Under the pieces are notes generated by a model that saw only the letters and a program-made list of their open reading frames with translations, did not search any database and was not told the DNA's origin. A stretch of DNA of 48,584 nucleotides from Planctomycetota bacterium (GTDB lineage: Bacteria > Planctomycetota > UBA1135 > UBA2386). The stretch covers positions 1-48,584 of the forward strand of contig CANMWZ010000034.1 in the NCBI GenBank assembly GCA_947501605.1, written 5' to 3'. Made by a program: the position numbers and the translations under genes. Of this stretch, positions 1-9,080 are shown piece after piece (the first letter of the stretch is position 1; each line of letters begins with the position of its first letter).

Positions 1-1
1 G

Positions 2-148
2 ATCGACCCGTTCCGCATCCGCGAAGACGTCGCCGAGTGGAACAAACACCGCAAGGTCGTGATCCACACGATCGCGATCGGCGGCAACCTCGAGATCCTC
101 GAGTGGATCGCGAAGGACTCCGGCGGCTCGCACCAGCACCTTCGCTGA
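2..148 (+). CDS. 3' end of a VWA-domain protein (partial, begins before the window)
   Basis: Frame 2 reads IDPFRIREDVAEWNKHRKVVIHTIAIGGNLEILEWIAKDSGGSHQHLR*, resembling the 'IHTIAIG...L..IA..SGG' end of von Willebrand A domains. Not in the ORF track. Confidence 0.7.
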   Translation: MDPFRIREDVAEWNKHRKVVIHTIAIGGNLEILEWIAKDSGGSHQHLR

Positions 149-261
149 ATGACGCAGGCGCGCGAAGTCGTCGGAACCTAGGCACTGCCATCGCCCGTCA
201 CACGCTGCGGCGTCAGAGGCACTGGATCGTCGCGCTCCGCGCGCGACCTCGGAGGCGGAGC

Positions 262-1755
262 ATGAGCACGACAGCGTTCGTTCGTTGGGTGATGGTCGCG
301 GGGTTCTCGGGCGGTCTCGCGGCGCAGGTCTTCGCGCCGCCAGTCGCATTCCCGGTCGCCGCGCCCACGAGCTTCGGGCCGATCATGGTCGGCGACGTCG
401 ATCTCGACGGCCACCTCGACGTTGTGGTCTCGGACGACGGCGCTCGGGCTCACACCTTCCTCGGAACGGGCACGGGCAGCTTCGCTCCTCCGCTCGTGTC
501 GACCGGGGCGGCTTCCTTGGTCGTGGACGCGCAGTTGCACGATCTCGACGGCGACGGGCGGCTCGATCTGTTGGTCGCGGGAGTCTTCCCGCAGCTTCGC
601 TGGCTCGCAGGCGACGGCTCGGGAACGTTCGTGCGCCGCGCCGAGCCTTCAGGGGTGGGATCGCGCGTCGCGGTGTTCGACCTCGATGGCGACGGGCGCC
701 CGGACCTCGTCGGCCGTTCGGGCAGTGCGCTCGCAGTCGCGCGCGGCAGCGACAACGGGTTCTTGCCCGCGACCCCGGTGCCGCTGCCGACCTCGGTGGT
801 GCCGCCGTTCTCGGTCTCGGGCATCCTGGTAGGCGACCTCGACGGCGACGCGAACGACGACTTGGTGATCTCGGGCTTCGGGCTGCCGATCGCGGTGTTC
901 GGCGACGGCCGCGGCGGCTTCGACCGGGGTGCAACGCTGCCGAACACGCTGTTCTTGCCGCGTGCGCTCACCGACGTGGACGGCGACGGCGACCTCGACG
1001 TGGTGTCGGAGTTCCCGTCTGCTCGCGCGCGCATCGGCTTCTTCGACGAGGTGGCTGGGTTCACGGTGGTGGAGCTTCCTGGCAGCCCGTCGACGGCCAT
1101 CACGATGGTGGCAGCGGTCGATCTCGACGGCGACGGCACCGAGGACGTGCTGACGATCGCCGGCAACGAGATCGTGGTGCTGAGGAGCGATGGAACGGGC
1201 GGCTACGCGGTCGCGGATCGCCACGTGGTCCCGGGGATCGAGACGCTGGCGGTGGGGGACTTCGACGAGGACGGGCGCGCCGACGTCGTCGCCGTGGGCA
1301 ACTCCGCGATGCACTACCTGCACAACGAACTGGGCACTCCACGCGGGCTCACCGCCTACGGGACGGGAACGGCAACGTGTCGCGGCACGATCGGGATGAC
1401 GGGCGATCGCACGCCGGTCATCGGGTCGTCGTCGTTCCGCGTGCTCTGCAGCAACGCGCCGGCGAACGCAGCGGGGCTGCTGCTGGTCGGCACGCGGCGG
1501 ACGGCTGGGATCGAGGTGCCGGGACTCCAACTCGTGCTGCACCTCGGGATCGCGTGGCCGCTCGCGGCGATGCACAGCGATGTCTCCGGCAGTGCGAGTG
1601 TGGCGTTGCCGCTGCCGCGCCAGCCGTGGCTCTCAGGCTTGTCCGTGCACGTGCAGTCGTTCTGGATGGCGGACGCGAGCAGTGGCGACACGTGCAGTCG
1701 CGCGGTGCTGGAGTTGGCTTCGTCGCGCGGGTTGTCGATCACCCTGCAGCGGTGA
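262..1755 (+). CDS. Secreted FG-GAP/VCBS repeat protein with C-terminal beta-rich domain
   Basis: About seven DxDGDGxxD calcium-blade repeats and a signal peptide ending LAAQ. Start moved to ATG 262, after GGAG. Confidence 0.85.
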   Translation: MSTTAFVRWVMVAGFSGGLAAQVFAPPVAFPVAAPTSFGPIMVGDVDLDGHLDVVVSDDGARAHTFLGTGTGSFAPPLVSTGAASLVVDAQLHDLDGDGRLDLLVAGVFPQLRWLAGDGSGTFVRRAEPSGVGSRVAVFDLDGDGRPDLVGRSGSALAVARGSDNGFLPATPVPLPTSVVPPFSVSGILVGDLDGDANDDLVISGFGLPIAVFGDGRGGFDRGATLPNTLFLPRALTDVDGDGDLDVVSEFPSARARIGFFDEVAGFTVVELPGSPSTAITMVAAVDLDGDGTEDVLTIAGNEIVVLRSDGTGGYAVADRHVVPGIETLAVGDFDEDGRADVVAVGNSAMHYLHNELGTPRGLTAYGTGTATCRGTIGMTGDRTPVIGSSSFRVLCSNAPANAAGLLLVGTRRTAGIEVPGLQLVLHLGIAWPLAAMHSDVSGSASVALPLPRQPWLSGLSVHVQSFWMADASSGDTCSRAVLELASSRGLSITLQR

Positions 1756-1757
1756 AC

Positions 1758-2756
1758 TCACCCGTCCGGTAGGCCTTCGAGCCAGGCCAGCATCACATAC
1801 CCCTCCGCCGTGTGCTTCGGCCCCGGCAGGCGAGCGAGTCGCCGCGCGTTCGCCTGCAGCGAGCGCGCTTGGAAGAACTCGTAGAAGATCGACCCCGCGT
1901 CGCGTTCGCCGGCCCGCACCTCGGCGTCGAGTTCGATGCTGCTGCGATTCTCCTTCGCCATCTTGTCGACCAGTCGCTCGAGCTCCTCGTAGCTGCGGTC
2001 GAACAGGAACTCGCGGAACGCGCGCACTTCGTCGTCGCCGCGAGCGCGCGACATCAAGAGGTCGACGAACGCCGGGTCGCCGCCCTTGGTCATCAACTGG
2101 AACATCTCGCTGGTGCCGAGGAACGTCCCGCCAGCGACGCGGACCTGGCTGCGCGCTTCCCACGTCGCTTCGAGTACCGGGAAGAACTCGGCCACGCGCC
2201 AGGTCAGCCGATGCGCCCACAGTTGCGCCAACTGCCGCACCGCGCGCGCGCGCAGCCATTGCGGGCGTTCGCCGTCGGTCGCCAGTTCGGTGAGCAGCTC
2301 TTCGACGAGTTGCGCGTAGACGCACGCGCGCAGCAGCCGCGCCGAACGTTCGCGCAGCGACGGCATCGCAGGCGAACCTTGCAGCAAGGCGCACGAGTGC
2401 CAGCACAGGCGGAAGAAGTTGATCAGCGCGATGTTCATCGCGTGGCCGATCACCGCCTGCGTCGGCGCGCGCAGGCCGAAGCCGACCCGGTCCGTGTTCG
2501 ACAGTGCTTCTACCAACGTGTCGAGCCCGCGTCGGCGGTCGCCGAGTCGCTGTTCTTCGAGCGGCGACGGGTAGCGCGCGAGCACGGCGCCCAGCAGTTC
2601 AAGGTTCTCTCGCTGCGTCGCGATCGCGATCACCGTGTCGCTCGCGCGGTCGCCCAGCTGCGACAGCGCGTCCTGCAGGTCCTTGACCACCGCGAGCTCT
2701 GCGCCCTGCAACGGGCAACAAGAACCAGCTGGGCGATCGGGGACCGTCATGACCAC
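1758..2756 (-). CDS. Hypothetical alpha-helical protein
   Basis: 332-aa ORF with normal protein composition, downstream of and co-oriented with the methyltransferase. No family recognised. Confidence 0.7.
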   Translation of the reverse strand: MVMTVPDRPAGSCCPLQGAELAVVKDLQDALSQLGDRASDTVIAIATQRENLELLGAVLARYPSPLEEQRLGDRRRGLDTLVEALSNTDRVGFGLRAPTQAVIGHAMNIALINFFRLCWHSCALLQGSPAMPSLRERSARLLRACVYAQLVEELLTELATDGERPQWLRARAVRQLAQLWAHRLTWRVAEFFPVLEATWEARSQVRVAGGTFLGTSEMFQLMTKGGDPAFVDLLMSRARGDDEVRAFREFLFDRSYEELERLVDKMAKENRSSIELDAEVRAGERDAGSIFYEFFQARSLQANARRLARLPGPKHTAEGYVMLAWLEGLPDG

Positions 2757-2795
2757 ATCGTCGCGCAGAGCGCTGCGTTTGGCGAGACTTCGACC

Positions 2796-4130
2796 TCAGC
2801 CGACGAGGGCTGTGACTCCGAGTCCGCCGTGCCGCGTCGCGAATGCGAACTTCATCGGCCTGCCGGTGCGGCGACACAAACGAAGGTCGTGGGCCAGCAC
2901 GGCGAGGCGGGCGTTCTGCAGCTGGGCAATGCGATGACCGAGCGTCTGGTACAGCGGCGCTAGGTCCTGCACCATCCCGATGCGAACGCCGAACGGCGGG
3001 TTGGTCGCAACGAGAAGCGGTTGTGGCGCATTGTGTGGATCCTCGAGCCAGGGTGCTGCGGACACCGAGCAACAGTGCAGTTCGAGGGCGGCGAGCACGC
3101 CGGCGCGCTGTGCGTTGTGCGTCGCGGCTTCGATGGCGCCTGCATCGCGGTCGCTGGCGGCAATGCGGGTCCCCTCGATCCTCGTGCTCAAAGGCGGCGG
3201 CACGCTGGCGCACAACGTGGTCCAGGCGGCGTCATCGGCGATGACCAGTCCCTGCAACGGTGCGGACCGAAGTCGCCCGGGTGGCAACCCGGCAGCCATC
3301 ATCGCTGCTTCGATTGCGATCGTGCCCGAGCCGCAGAACGGATCGAGCAACGAGGAGCCCGGACCAAAGCCAGCGGCCTTGACCAGCGCGAAGGCTAGGT
3401 CCTCGCGCAGCGGCGCCTTGCTGCTTTCGAGTCGATAGCCGCGGCGGTGCAGCGGCGTGCTCGCGGTGTCGATCGAGATCGTGCACTGGTCGTCGACGAA
3501 GCGCACGGCGATGGCAACGGCCGACGGGCCGCCAGCAACGGTGGCTGCGAGGATTTGTACGGGCGTGGGCGGCGGTGGCGCGGCTGCGGCAATCGCGGCC
3601 GCGGCTGCGTCGGCCTCGGCCTTCACCTTCGCGGCTGCCACGTACTTGGGGAGCGGATTCTTGGCGTTGGGCCCACGACCGCGCTTGGCGGCGGCGCTCA
3701 GCGATCGCTGCTCACTCGTCTTTGGCTTTGGCGGGGCCAGCGGTTTCACTTTGCTGGCGACGTCGATGCCCATTGCTCCTGCGATCCCCTTGGCTACGCG
3801 CTCCTCGATCGCGCCGGTGTGATAGAGGCGGCTTTTCTTGGCCGTCGCGTGCACGGCGATGGGCACCGAGGGCTGCAGCCACTCGCGCCACTGCAGTGAG
3901 GCGACCTTGCGCTCGAGTTCGGCGAGATTGAGGCAGCGAAACGAAGCCGCACGCAGCAGCAGATGGCTGGCGGTGCCAAGGTGCAGGTGGGCGCGCAGCA
4001 GCAGGTCGCGCGAGCCGTAGAACTCGACGCCACCGGCGGCCGGTTCGGGCTCGGCGCCGAGAGCTTTGAGTTCATCGGCAAGGAGTGGCTCCAGCCCGGG
4101 CAGGCAGGCAGCAAAGAGATCAAGGTCCAT
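2796..4130 (-). CDS. THUMP-domain RNA m2G methyltransferase (RlmL-like)
   Basis: N-terminal FAACLPGLE..L..EL, LHRRGYR, APLRE, SAM-binding DPFCGSGT and catalytic TNPPFG motifs. Start moved to ATG 4130. Confidence 0.9.
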   Translation of the reverse strand: MDLDLFAACLPGLEPLLADELKALGAEPEPAAGGVEFYGSRDLLLRAHLHLGTASHLLLRAASFRCLNLAELERKVASLQWREWLQPSVPIAVHATAKKSRLYHTGAIEERVAKGIAGAMGIDVASKVKPLAPPKPKTSEQRSLSAAAKRGRGPNAKNPLPKYVAAAKVKAEADAAAAAIAAAAPPPPTPVQILAATVAGGPSAVAIAVRFVDDQCTISIDTASTPLHRRGYRLESSKAPLREDLAFALVKAAGFGPGSSLLDPFCGSGTIAIEAAMMAAGLPPGRLRSAPLQGLVIADDAAWTTLCASVPPPLSTRIEGTRIAASDRDAGAIEAATHNAQRAGVLAALELHCCSVSAAPWLEDPHNAPQPLLVATNPPFGVRIGMVQDLAPLYQTLGHRIAQLQNARLAVLAHDLRLCRRTGRPMKFAFATRHGGLGVTALVG

Positions 4131-4189
4131 CGAGGCGAGCACGGTAGCGCGTTCTTGTCGAAGGGACAGCATCCCGACATGCTGCGCCA

Positions 4190-6619
4190 ATGCGGAGCTG
4201 GACCCTCGCGGTGCTCGGTTCGATCATGGTCGCCTGCAGCGATCCTGCGGATTCGACGCCGCCGTCGCCGGCGGAGCAGGTGGCGGCCCTGGCTGCGGTC
4301 GAGCGCGGGCAGTGCGTTCGCTGTCACCCGGCGGCCACCGCGGACGCCCTGTTGCCGTCGGACCGGCCCAAGGTGCCGCTTCGCCAAGCCTCGGCGTTTC
4401 ACCACGGCGCCGCGCTGGCCATTTACTTGCGCGCGCACCACGGCGCCGACGACAGCGAGGCGATCGGAGCCTACCTAGGTGGCGCAACTCCTGCCGAACT
4501 GCAGCGCGCGACGATTGCCGCTGGCTCGATCGAGGCCGGCGTGCGGCTCTTTGGCGAACTCGCCTGCATCGCCTGCCACGAGCAGGGCGGCATCGATGGC
4601 TTGTCGCGGCGGACCGACCACGCGCATCTGTTCGCCTTCTTGCGCGAACCGGCCGCGCGCCGACCTGACCTCGTGCACGACTTCGCGCTCACTGCTGGCG
4701 AGGCCAGTGCGCTCGCAGCCTTCCTGCTGCGCGACCAACTGGAGGACCAAGGAGCCGCGCCCCAGCCCGGACTCAGCTACGAGTGCTTCGAGCTGAACGT
4801 GCGCGGCGCCGAGTTGCCCGAGCTCGGTGGATTGCAGCCGGCCGCCAAAGGTGTCACCGACCATGTCGACGTCGACGTGCGCACCCGCGACGATCAGTTC
4901 GCGCTGCGCTTCCAGGGCTTGCTGCTGGTGCCGCAGACCGGCGAATGGACGTTGACGGTGGGCAGTGACGACTCGTCGTGGCTGTGGGTCGACGACGTGC
5001 TGCTCATCGAAAACGCGCAGGTGTCGCCGCACCGTCGGCGCAGCGCCACCCTGCGCCTGGAGGCCGGGGCGCATCCGCTGCGGATCGTGTTCACCGAGCT
5101 CGGTGGTGGCGAGAGCCTCGAGTTCCTCTGGCGCGGACCTGGGGTGAAGGAAGAAGTCGTGCCGAAGGCGGCCCTGTCGCGCAACGCGATCGGTCTGCAG
5201 CCCAAGGTCGAGGCGGCGCTCGCGGTCGAGCCAGGCGTGCGCGAGCGCGGTGCGCGTGCGTTCGCGGCGCGCAGTTGCCTTGCCTGCCACGAGCTCGCTG
5301 GCGCTCCGGAGCTTGCACCTGCTGTGCGCAAGCCATGGCGGGAACTCGGCGATGGCGACTGCCAGCGCGTGGCGACAGGTCGAGCGGTGCTCGCGCAGGC
5401 GCGACGCGCGCTGCGGATCGAGCCGTCGCCGCAGGTCCTGTTGGCGGCGCAGCTCGCCGTAGACGGCTGCACCTCGTGTCACGTCCGCGACGGTCAAGGT
5501 GGACTCGCCGCCGAGGTGCGTTCGCGACTCGCAGAGATCGAGGATATTGGCGATGAAGGTCGCCTACCGCCCGAGTTGACCGGTGCTGGTCATCGCCTAC
5601 GGTCGTCCTGGCTCGCGGGCGTACTGACGGGCGAGCACCGCGTGCGCAGCTACATGCGCGCGCGCATGCCCCGCGTCGCCAGCGAACTCGCCGAGCGGTT
5701 GACCCGTGCCTTCGTCGTCGCCGATGCCGTGGCGGCGGACGATCAGGAGCCGGCGTTTGACGCCGCCATGGTGACGCGCGGCCAGCAGCTCGTCGGCATC
5801 GACGGGCGCAATTGCGCCACCTGCCATCCATTCGCCGGTCGTCGCGCCATCGGGCCGCAAGGCATGGACCTCGCACTCCAGCACCAGCGTCTCAAGCCGC
5901 AGTGGTTCGCCGACTGGCTGTTGCATGCGACGACCCTGCGTCCGGGCACGCGCATGCCGGCTTTCTGGTTTCGCGACGATGTGGCGGCCCGCGCCGATGT
6001 GGCGGCGATCCGCGCATGGTGCTCGCTCGGCGATGCGGCCCCGGTGCCAAAGGGCTACGCCAGCACGACGATCGGGCTCGAACTCGATCCGATCGAGCGA
6101 CCGATCCTGCACGGTGCCTTCCTGCAGGGTCTCTCGGCGCGCTGTGTTGCCGTCGGCACGCCGCTGCGCGGCCACTTTGCGTACGACCTCGAACACGCTC
6201 GCCTCGCGTGGCTGTGGCGCGGCCCGTTCCTCGACGCGAGCGGCACCTGGAGTGGGCGCGCTGGCATGTTGCTGAAGCCCTTGGCAGACGACCATGTCGA
6301 ACTCGAGCCGATGCCGATGGTGGACGTGGCCGGCGGCGCCGGTGCGGCCGAAGTTCGCAGCATCGGGCAGCGGCGCGACGCGGCGGGCTATCCGGTGTTC
6401 CGATTGGCGGTGGGCACGGCCGAGGTCGAGGACTTCGTGGTGCCAGAGCTGCAGGCGGGCGGGGTGCGCTTCGTGCGCACGATCACATGCGTGCGCGGCG
6501 AAGTGCGCGTGGAGGCGGCGGCGCGGAGTGGGCGCGTGACTGTGGCGATCGGGAGCGAGCCAGCGTCGGCTCGGGTGCTGAAGGCGGGGGAATCGATGGT
6601 GCTGCGCTACTCGTGGTGA
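4190..6619 (+). CDS. Lipoprotein multiheme c-type cytochrome with PA14 domain
   Basis: Lipobox MVAC. Five CxxCH motifs (CVRCH, CIACH, CLACH, CTSCH, CATCH). PA14 motif FALRFQG...GSDDSSWLWVDD. PGTRMP motif. Confidence 0.85.
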   Translation: MRSWTLAVLGSIMVACSDPADSTPPSPAEQVAALAAVERGQCVRCHPAATADALLPSDRPKVPLRQASAFHHGAALAIYLRAHHGADDSEAIGAYLGGATPAELQRATIAAGSIEAGVRLFGELACIACHEQGGIDGLSRRTDHAHLFAFLREPAARRPDLVHDFALTAGEASALAAFLLRDQLEDQGAAPQPGLSYECFELNVRGAELPELGGLQPAAKGVTDHVDVDVRTRDDQFALRFQGLLLVPQTGEWTLTVGSDDSSWLWVDDVLLIENAQVSPHRRRSATLRLEAGAHPLRIVFTELGGGESLEFLWRGPGVKEEVVPKAALSRNAIGLQPKVEAALAVEPGVRERGARAFAARSCLACHELAGAPELAPAVRKPWRELGDGDCQRVATGRAVLAQARRALRIEPSPQVLLAAQLAVDGCTSCHVRDGQGGLAAEVRSRLAEIEDIGDEGRLPPELTGAGHRLRSSWLAGVLTGEHRVRSYMRARMPRVASELAERLTRAFVVADAVAADDQEPAFDAAMVTRGQQLVGIDGRNCATCHPFAGRRAIGPQGMDLALQHQRLKPQWFADWLLHATTLRPGTRMPAFWFRDDVAARADVAAIRAWCSLGDAAPVPKGYASTTIGLELDPIERPILHGAFLQGLSARCVAVGTPLRGHFAYDLEHARLAWLWRGPFLDASGTWSGRAGMLLKPLADDHVELEPMPMVDVAGGAGAAEVRSIGQRRDAAGYPVFRLAVGTAEVEDFVVPELQAGGVRFVRTITCVRGEVRVEAAARSGRVTVAIGSEPASARVLKAGESMVLRYSW

Positions 6620-6876
6620 GATCTCCATGAAGCCTCGGCCAAGACCCGGGGCGGATCGAGCATCGAGGCCACCATGCGGATGGGCACTTCGTCTAGGCCT
6701 CGGTGAGCATCCTTAGTGCGTCTTTGCGCGTAGGCACCGTCCGCGGATTCGCCGCACCGCTGCGAGCTACCGTTCTGGACAGCGCCAGCACGGTGTTCTC
6801 GAGGCCGCGGACGAACAACGCGTCCTTCCGCCGCGGCAACGCACCGCTCATGATGAACTCTCTCCCCGAGCCATTC

Positions 6877-7461
6877 ATGACCCAGAAGATCGCCGTGATC
6901 CCAAGTTCCGGCAACGACCCCATCCGTGTGCTGCAGGAAGAGCACGTGCTGATGATCGAGGTCATCGACGCCATGGCAACCGAGTCGCGCCACTTGCTGA
7001 CCGGCATGCCCCTGCGCAAGGACTTCTGGGCGCGCACGGTCGAGTTCCTCGAGCACTTCCTGGACCGCCTGCATCACGAGAAGGAAGAGCAGTTGCTGTT
7101 CCCCATGCTCGAGCACCTCGGTTTCGGCCACGACCACGGGCCACTGCTGGCGCTCCGGAGCGAGCACCTCGAAGGGCGCCGAGAGGCGCGCGGCATCCTG
7201 TCGGCGCTCAACGCCCGCGACGGCGAACGCCTCGCGCACACGTGTCTGATGTTCTGCCGGCGCGAGCGCCAGCACATCGACCGCGAGGAGGTCCTGCTGC
7301 TGCCGCTGGCCCGCGAGTCACTGCAAGGGGAGGCGCTTTTGCAGTTGCGGGCTGCGTTCGATGCGCACCGCGACACTCTGGATCCGACCATCTACGCCCG
7401 CTGCATCGCCATCCGTAGCCACCTCGGCCGCGAACTCGGCGTCGAGACCTTCGCGAATTGA
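6877..7461 (+). CDS. Hemerythrin/HHE cation-binding domain protein
   Basis: L..EH, HHEKEEQLLFP, EH..GR and HIDREE..LLP motifs. Start set at ATG 6877. Confidence 0.88.
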   Translation: MTQKIAVIPSSGNDPIRVLQEEHVLMIEVIDAMATESRHLLTGMPLRKDFWARTVEFLEHFLDRLHHEKEEQLLFPMLEHLGFGHDHGPLLALRSEHLEGRREARGILSALNARDGERLAHTCLMFCRRERQHIDREEVLLLPLARESLQGEALLQLRAAFDAHRDTLDPTIYARCIAIRSHLGRELGVETFAN

Positions 7462-7534
7462 GTCCGGCGGTGCCGAGAGTCTGATCCCTGGCCCGCACGT
7501 CGCGAAGGCCGCTGCGCGCGACTACGCTGCGCCA

Positions 7535-9022
7535 GTGCTGACCCGATCTAGCCGCGCGGTGTCGATCTCCCTCCTGTGGGCGCTGTCGGCGCTGGCGCAG
7601 GAGCCTGCTTCGCCCGAGCCCGTGGCGGCTGTGCCCGACAGCCTCGACGGACGCTACGTCGAGATTGTGGACGTGAAGGTGCCCGACGGCATCGTCCTCG
7701 AGGTCGGCGGGATCGCCGAGCGCGACGGCGAGCTGTTCGTGTGCACCCGGCGCGGTGAGGTCTGGCGGGTGCAGGACCCGTATGCCGCGGCACCGAAGTT
7801 CCACTTGTGGGCCGAGGGTCTGCAGGAACCTCTGGGACTCCTCGACCACGACGGCTGGTTGTATTGCGCGCAGCGCGGCGAACTCTCGCGCCTGCGCGAT
7901 CGCGACGGTGACGGGCGCATGGATGACCTCGAGACCGTCGCCAGTGGGTTTCCGTTGTCAGGCAACTACCACGAGTACTGCTTTGGCCCAGCCCTGCGGC
8001 CCGACGGTTCGATGTGGCTCACGACCAACAAGCCGTTCGGCGACGAACCGTTTGGGCGGGCGCCCTTCCGCGGCTTTGCGCTCGCGGTGCAGAAGGATGG
8101 CACCTGGACCGCCGAATGCGCGGGGTTGCGGTCGCCAGCCGGTGTCGGCACGTCGCCAGAAGGCGAGGTGTTCTACACCGACAACCAGGGCGAATGGTGC
8201 GCGTCGAGCAAGTTCGCGGTGCTCGAACGCGGCGACTTTCACGGTCATCCGTGGGGCATCGATTCTTGCACCGACCCACGCAGCAAGGTCGAGCATCCCG
8301 GCGAGGTACCTAGCGGGCTGTCGATGCAGGAAGCCGCGCGCACGGTGAAGGGTTTCCGCCTGCCGGCCGTGTGGATCCCGTACGACGAACTCGGCCGTTC
8401 GCCGGCGGGGTTCGTGTGGGACGAGAAGGGCGAGTTCCCGCCGTATCGCGGCCAGGTCTTCTGCGGCGACCAATACAGCTCCGAGGTGTTCCGCATCTCG
8501 ATCGAGCGCGTGCAAGGCCGCTGGCAGGGCGCCTGCTATCCGTTCCGGCGCGGGCTCGACTGCGGGGTGTTGCGACTCGCGTGGGCCAAGCAAGGCGGCC
8601 TGTGGTGCGGACTCACCAATCGTGGCTGGGGCTCGCTCGGCAAGCGCGAGCAAGGCCTGCAGCGACTGTCGTGGCGGGGCGAGACGCCCTTTGACCTCTT
8701 GGAAGTGAAGGCAACCGGCGATGGTTTTTCGCTCACCTTCACCGCTCCGGTCGATCCGGCGTCGGCGACCGCAGCGGCAATCGCCATCAAGAGCTTCACC
8801 TACGACCACCACGAGTCCTACGGCTGCCCGCCGCGCGACGTGCGCCCGCACACGGTGACCGACGTCGCCGTCGACTCGGATTCGCCATTCTTGGTGCGCG
8901 TGTCGGTTGCAGACCTGAGCGACTGCCGCGTGTATGCAGTGGATGCGAGTGCCGTGAAGGCTCTGGACGGCACGCCGCTCTGGCACGGCAAGGCCTGGTA
9001 CACGCGCAACAGGGCACCCTGA
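7535..9022 (+). CDS. Secreted glucose/sorbosone-dehydrogenase-like beta-propeller protein (PVC 'large multifunctional' type)
   Basis: Signal peptide; GLQEPLGL, DRDGDGRMD, GNYHEY.FGP, GLRSPAG and YTDNQGEW motifs. GTG 7535 lies 6 nt after a TACGCT -10-like box. Confidence 0.8.
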   Translation: MLTRSSRAVSISLLWALSALAQEPASPEPVAAVPDSLDGRYVEIVDVKVPDGIVLEVGGIAERDGELFVCTRRGEVWRVQDPYAAAPKFHLWAEGLQEPLGLLDHDGWLYCAQRGELSRLRDRDGDGRMDDLETVASGFPLSGNYHEYCFGPALRPDGSMWLTTNKPFGDEPFGRAPFRGFALAVQKDGTWTAECAGLRSPAGVGTSPEGEVFYTDNQGEWCASSKFAVLERGDFHGHPWGIDSCTDPRSKVEHPGEVPSGLSMQEAARTVKGFRLPAVWIPYDELGRSPAGFVWDEKGEFPPYRGQVFCGDQYSSEVFRISIERVQGRWQGACYPFRRGLDCGVLRLAWAKQGGLWCGLTNRGWGSLGKREQGLQRLSWRGETPFDLLEVKATGDGFSLTFTAPVDPASATAAAIAIKSFTYDHHESYGCPPRDVRPHTVTDVAVDSDSPFLVRVSVADLSDCRVYAVDASAVKALDGTPLWHGKAWYTRNRAP

Positions 9023-9080
9023 ACGACTGCGGCGAAGCCCGGAGCCACTTGCTGCCGATACCAGCGCCTGACGCATCACC

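Noticed and set aside
380..1300. Recurring GACCTCGACGGCGACGG-like DNA repeats (also WSPD repeats at 38000-39150); possible CRISPR or DNA repeat array
   Set aside because: They are codons of FG-GAP and PD40 protein repeats, degenerate at third positions. No CRISPR array or cas gene was seen in the window.
6620..6876. 257-bp spacer before the hemerythrin gene with a GGACG/CGTCC hairpin; possible riboswitch or sigma54 promoter
   Set aside because: No riboswitch consensus recognised, and the GGCAC candidates lack GC at the required spacing. An Rfam scan would settle it.
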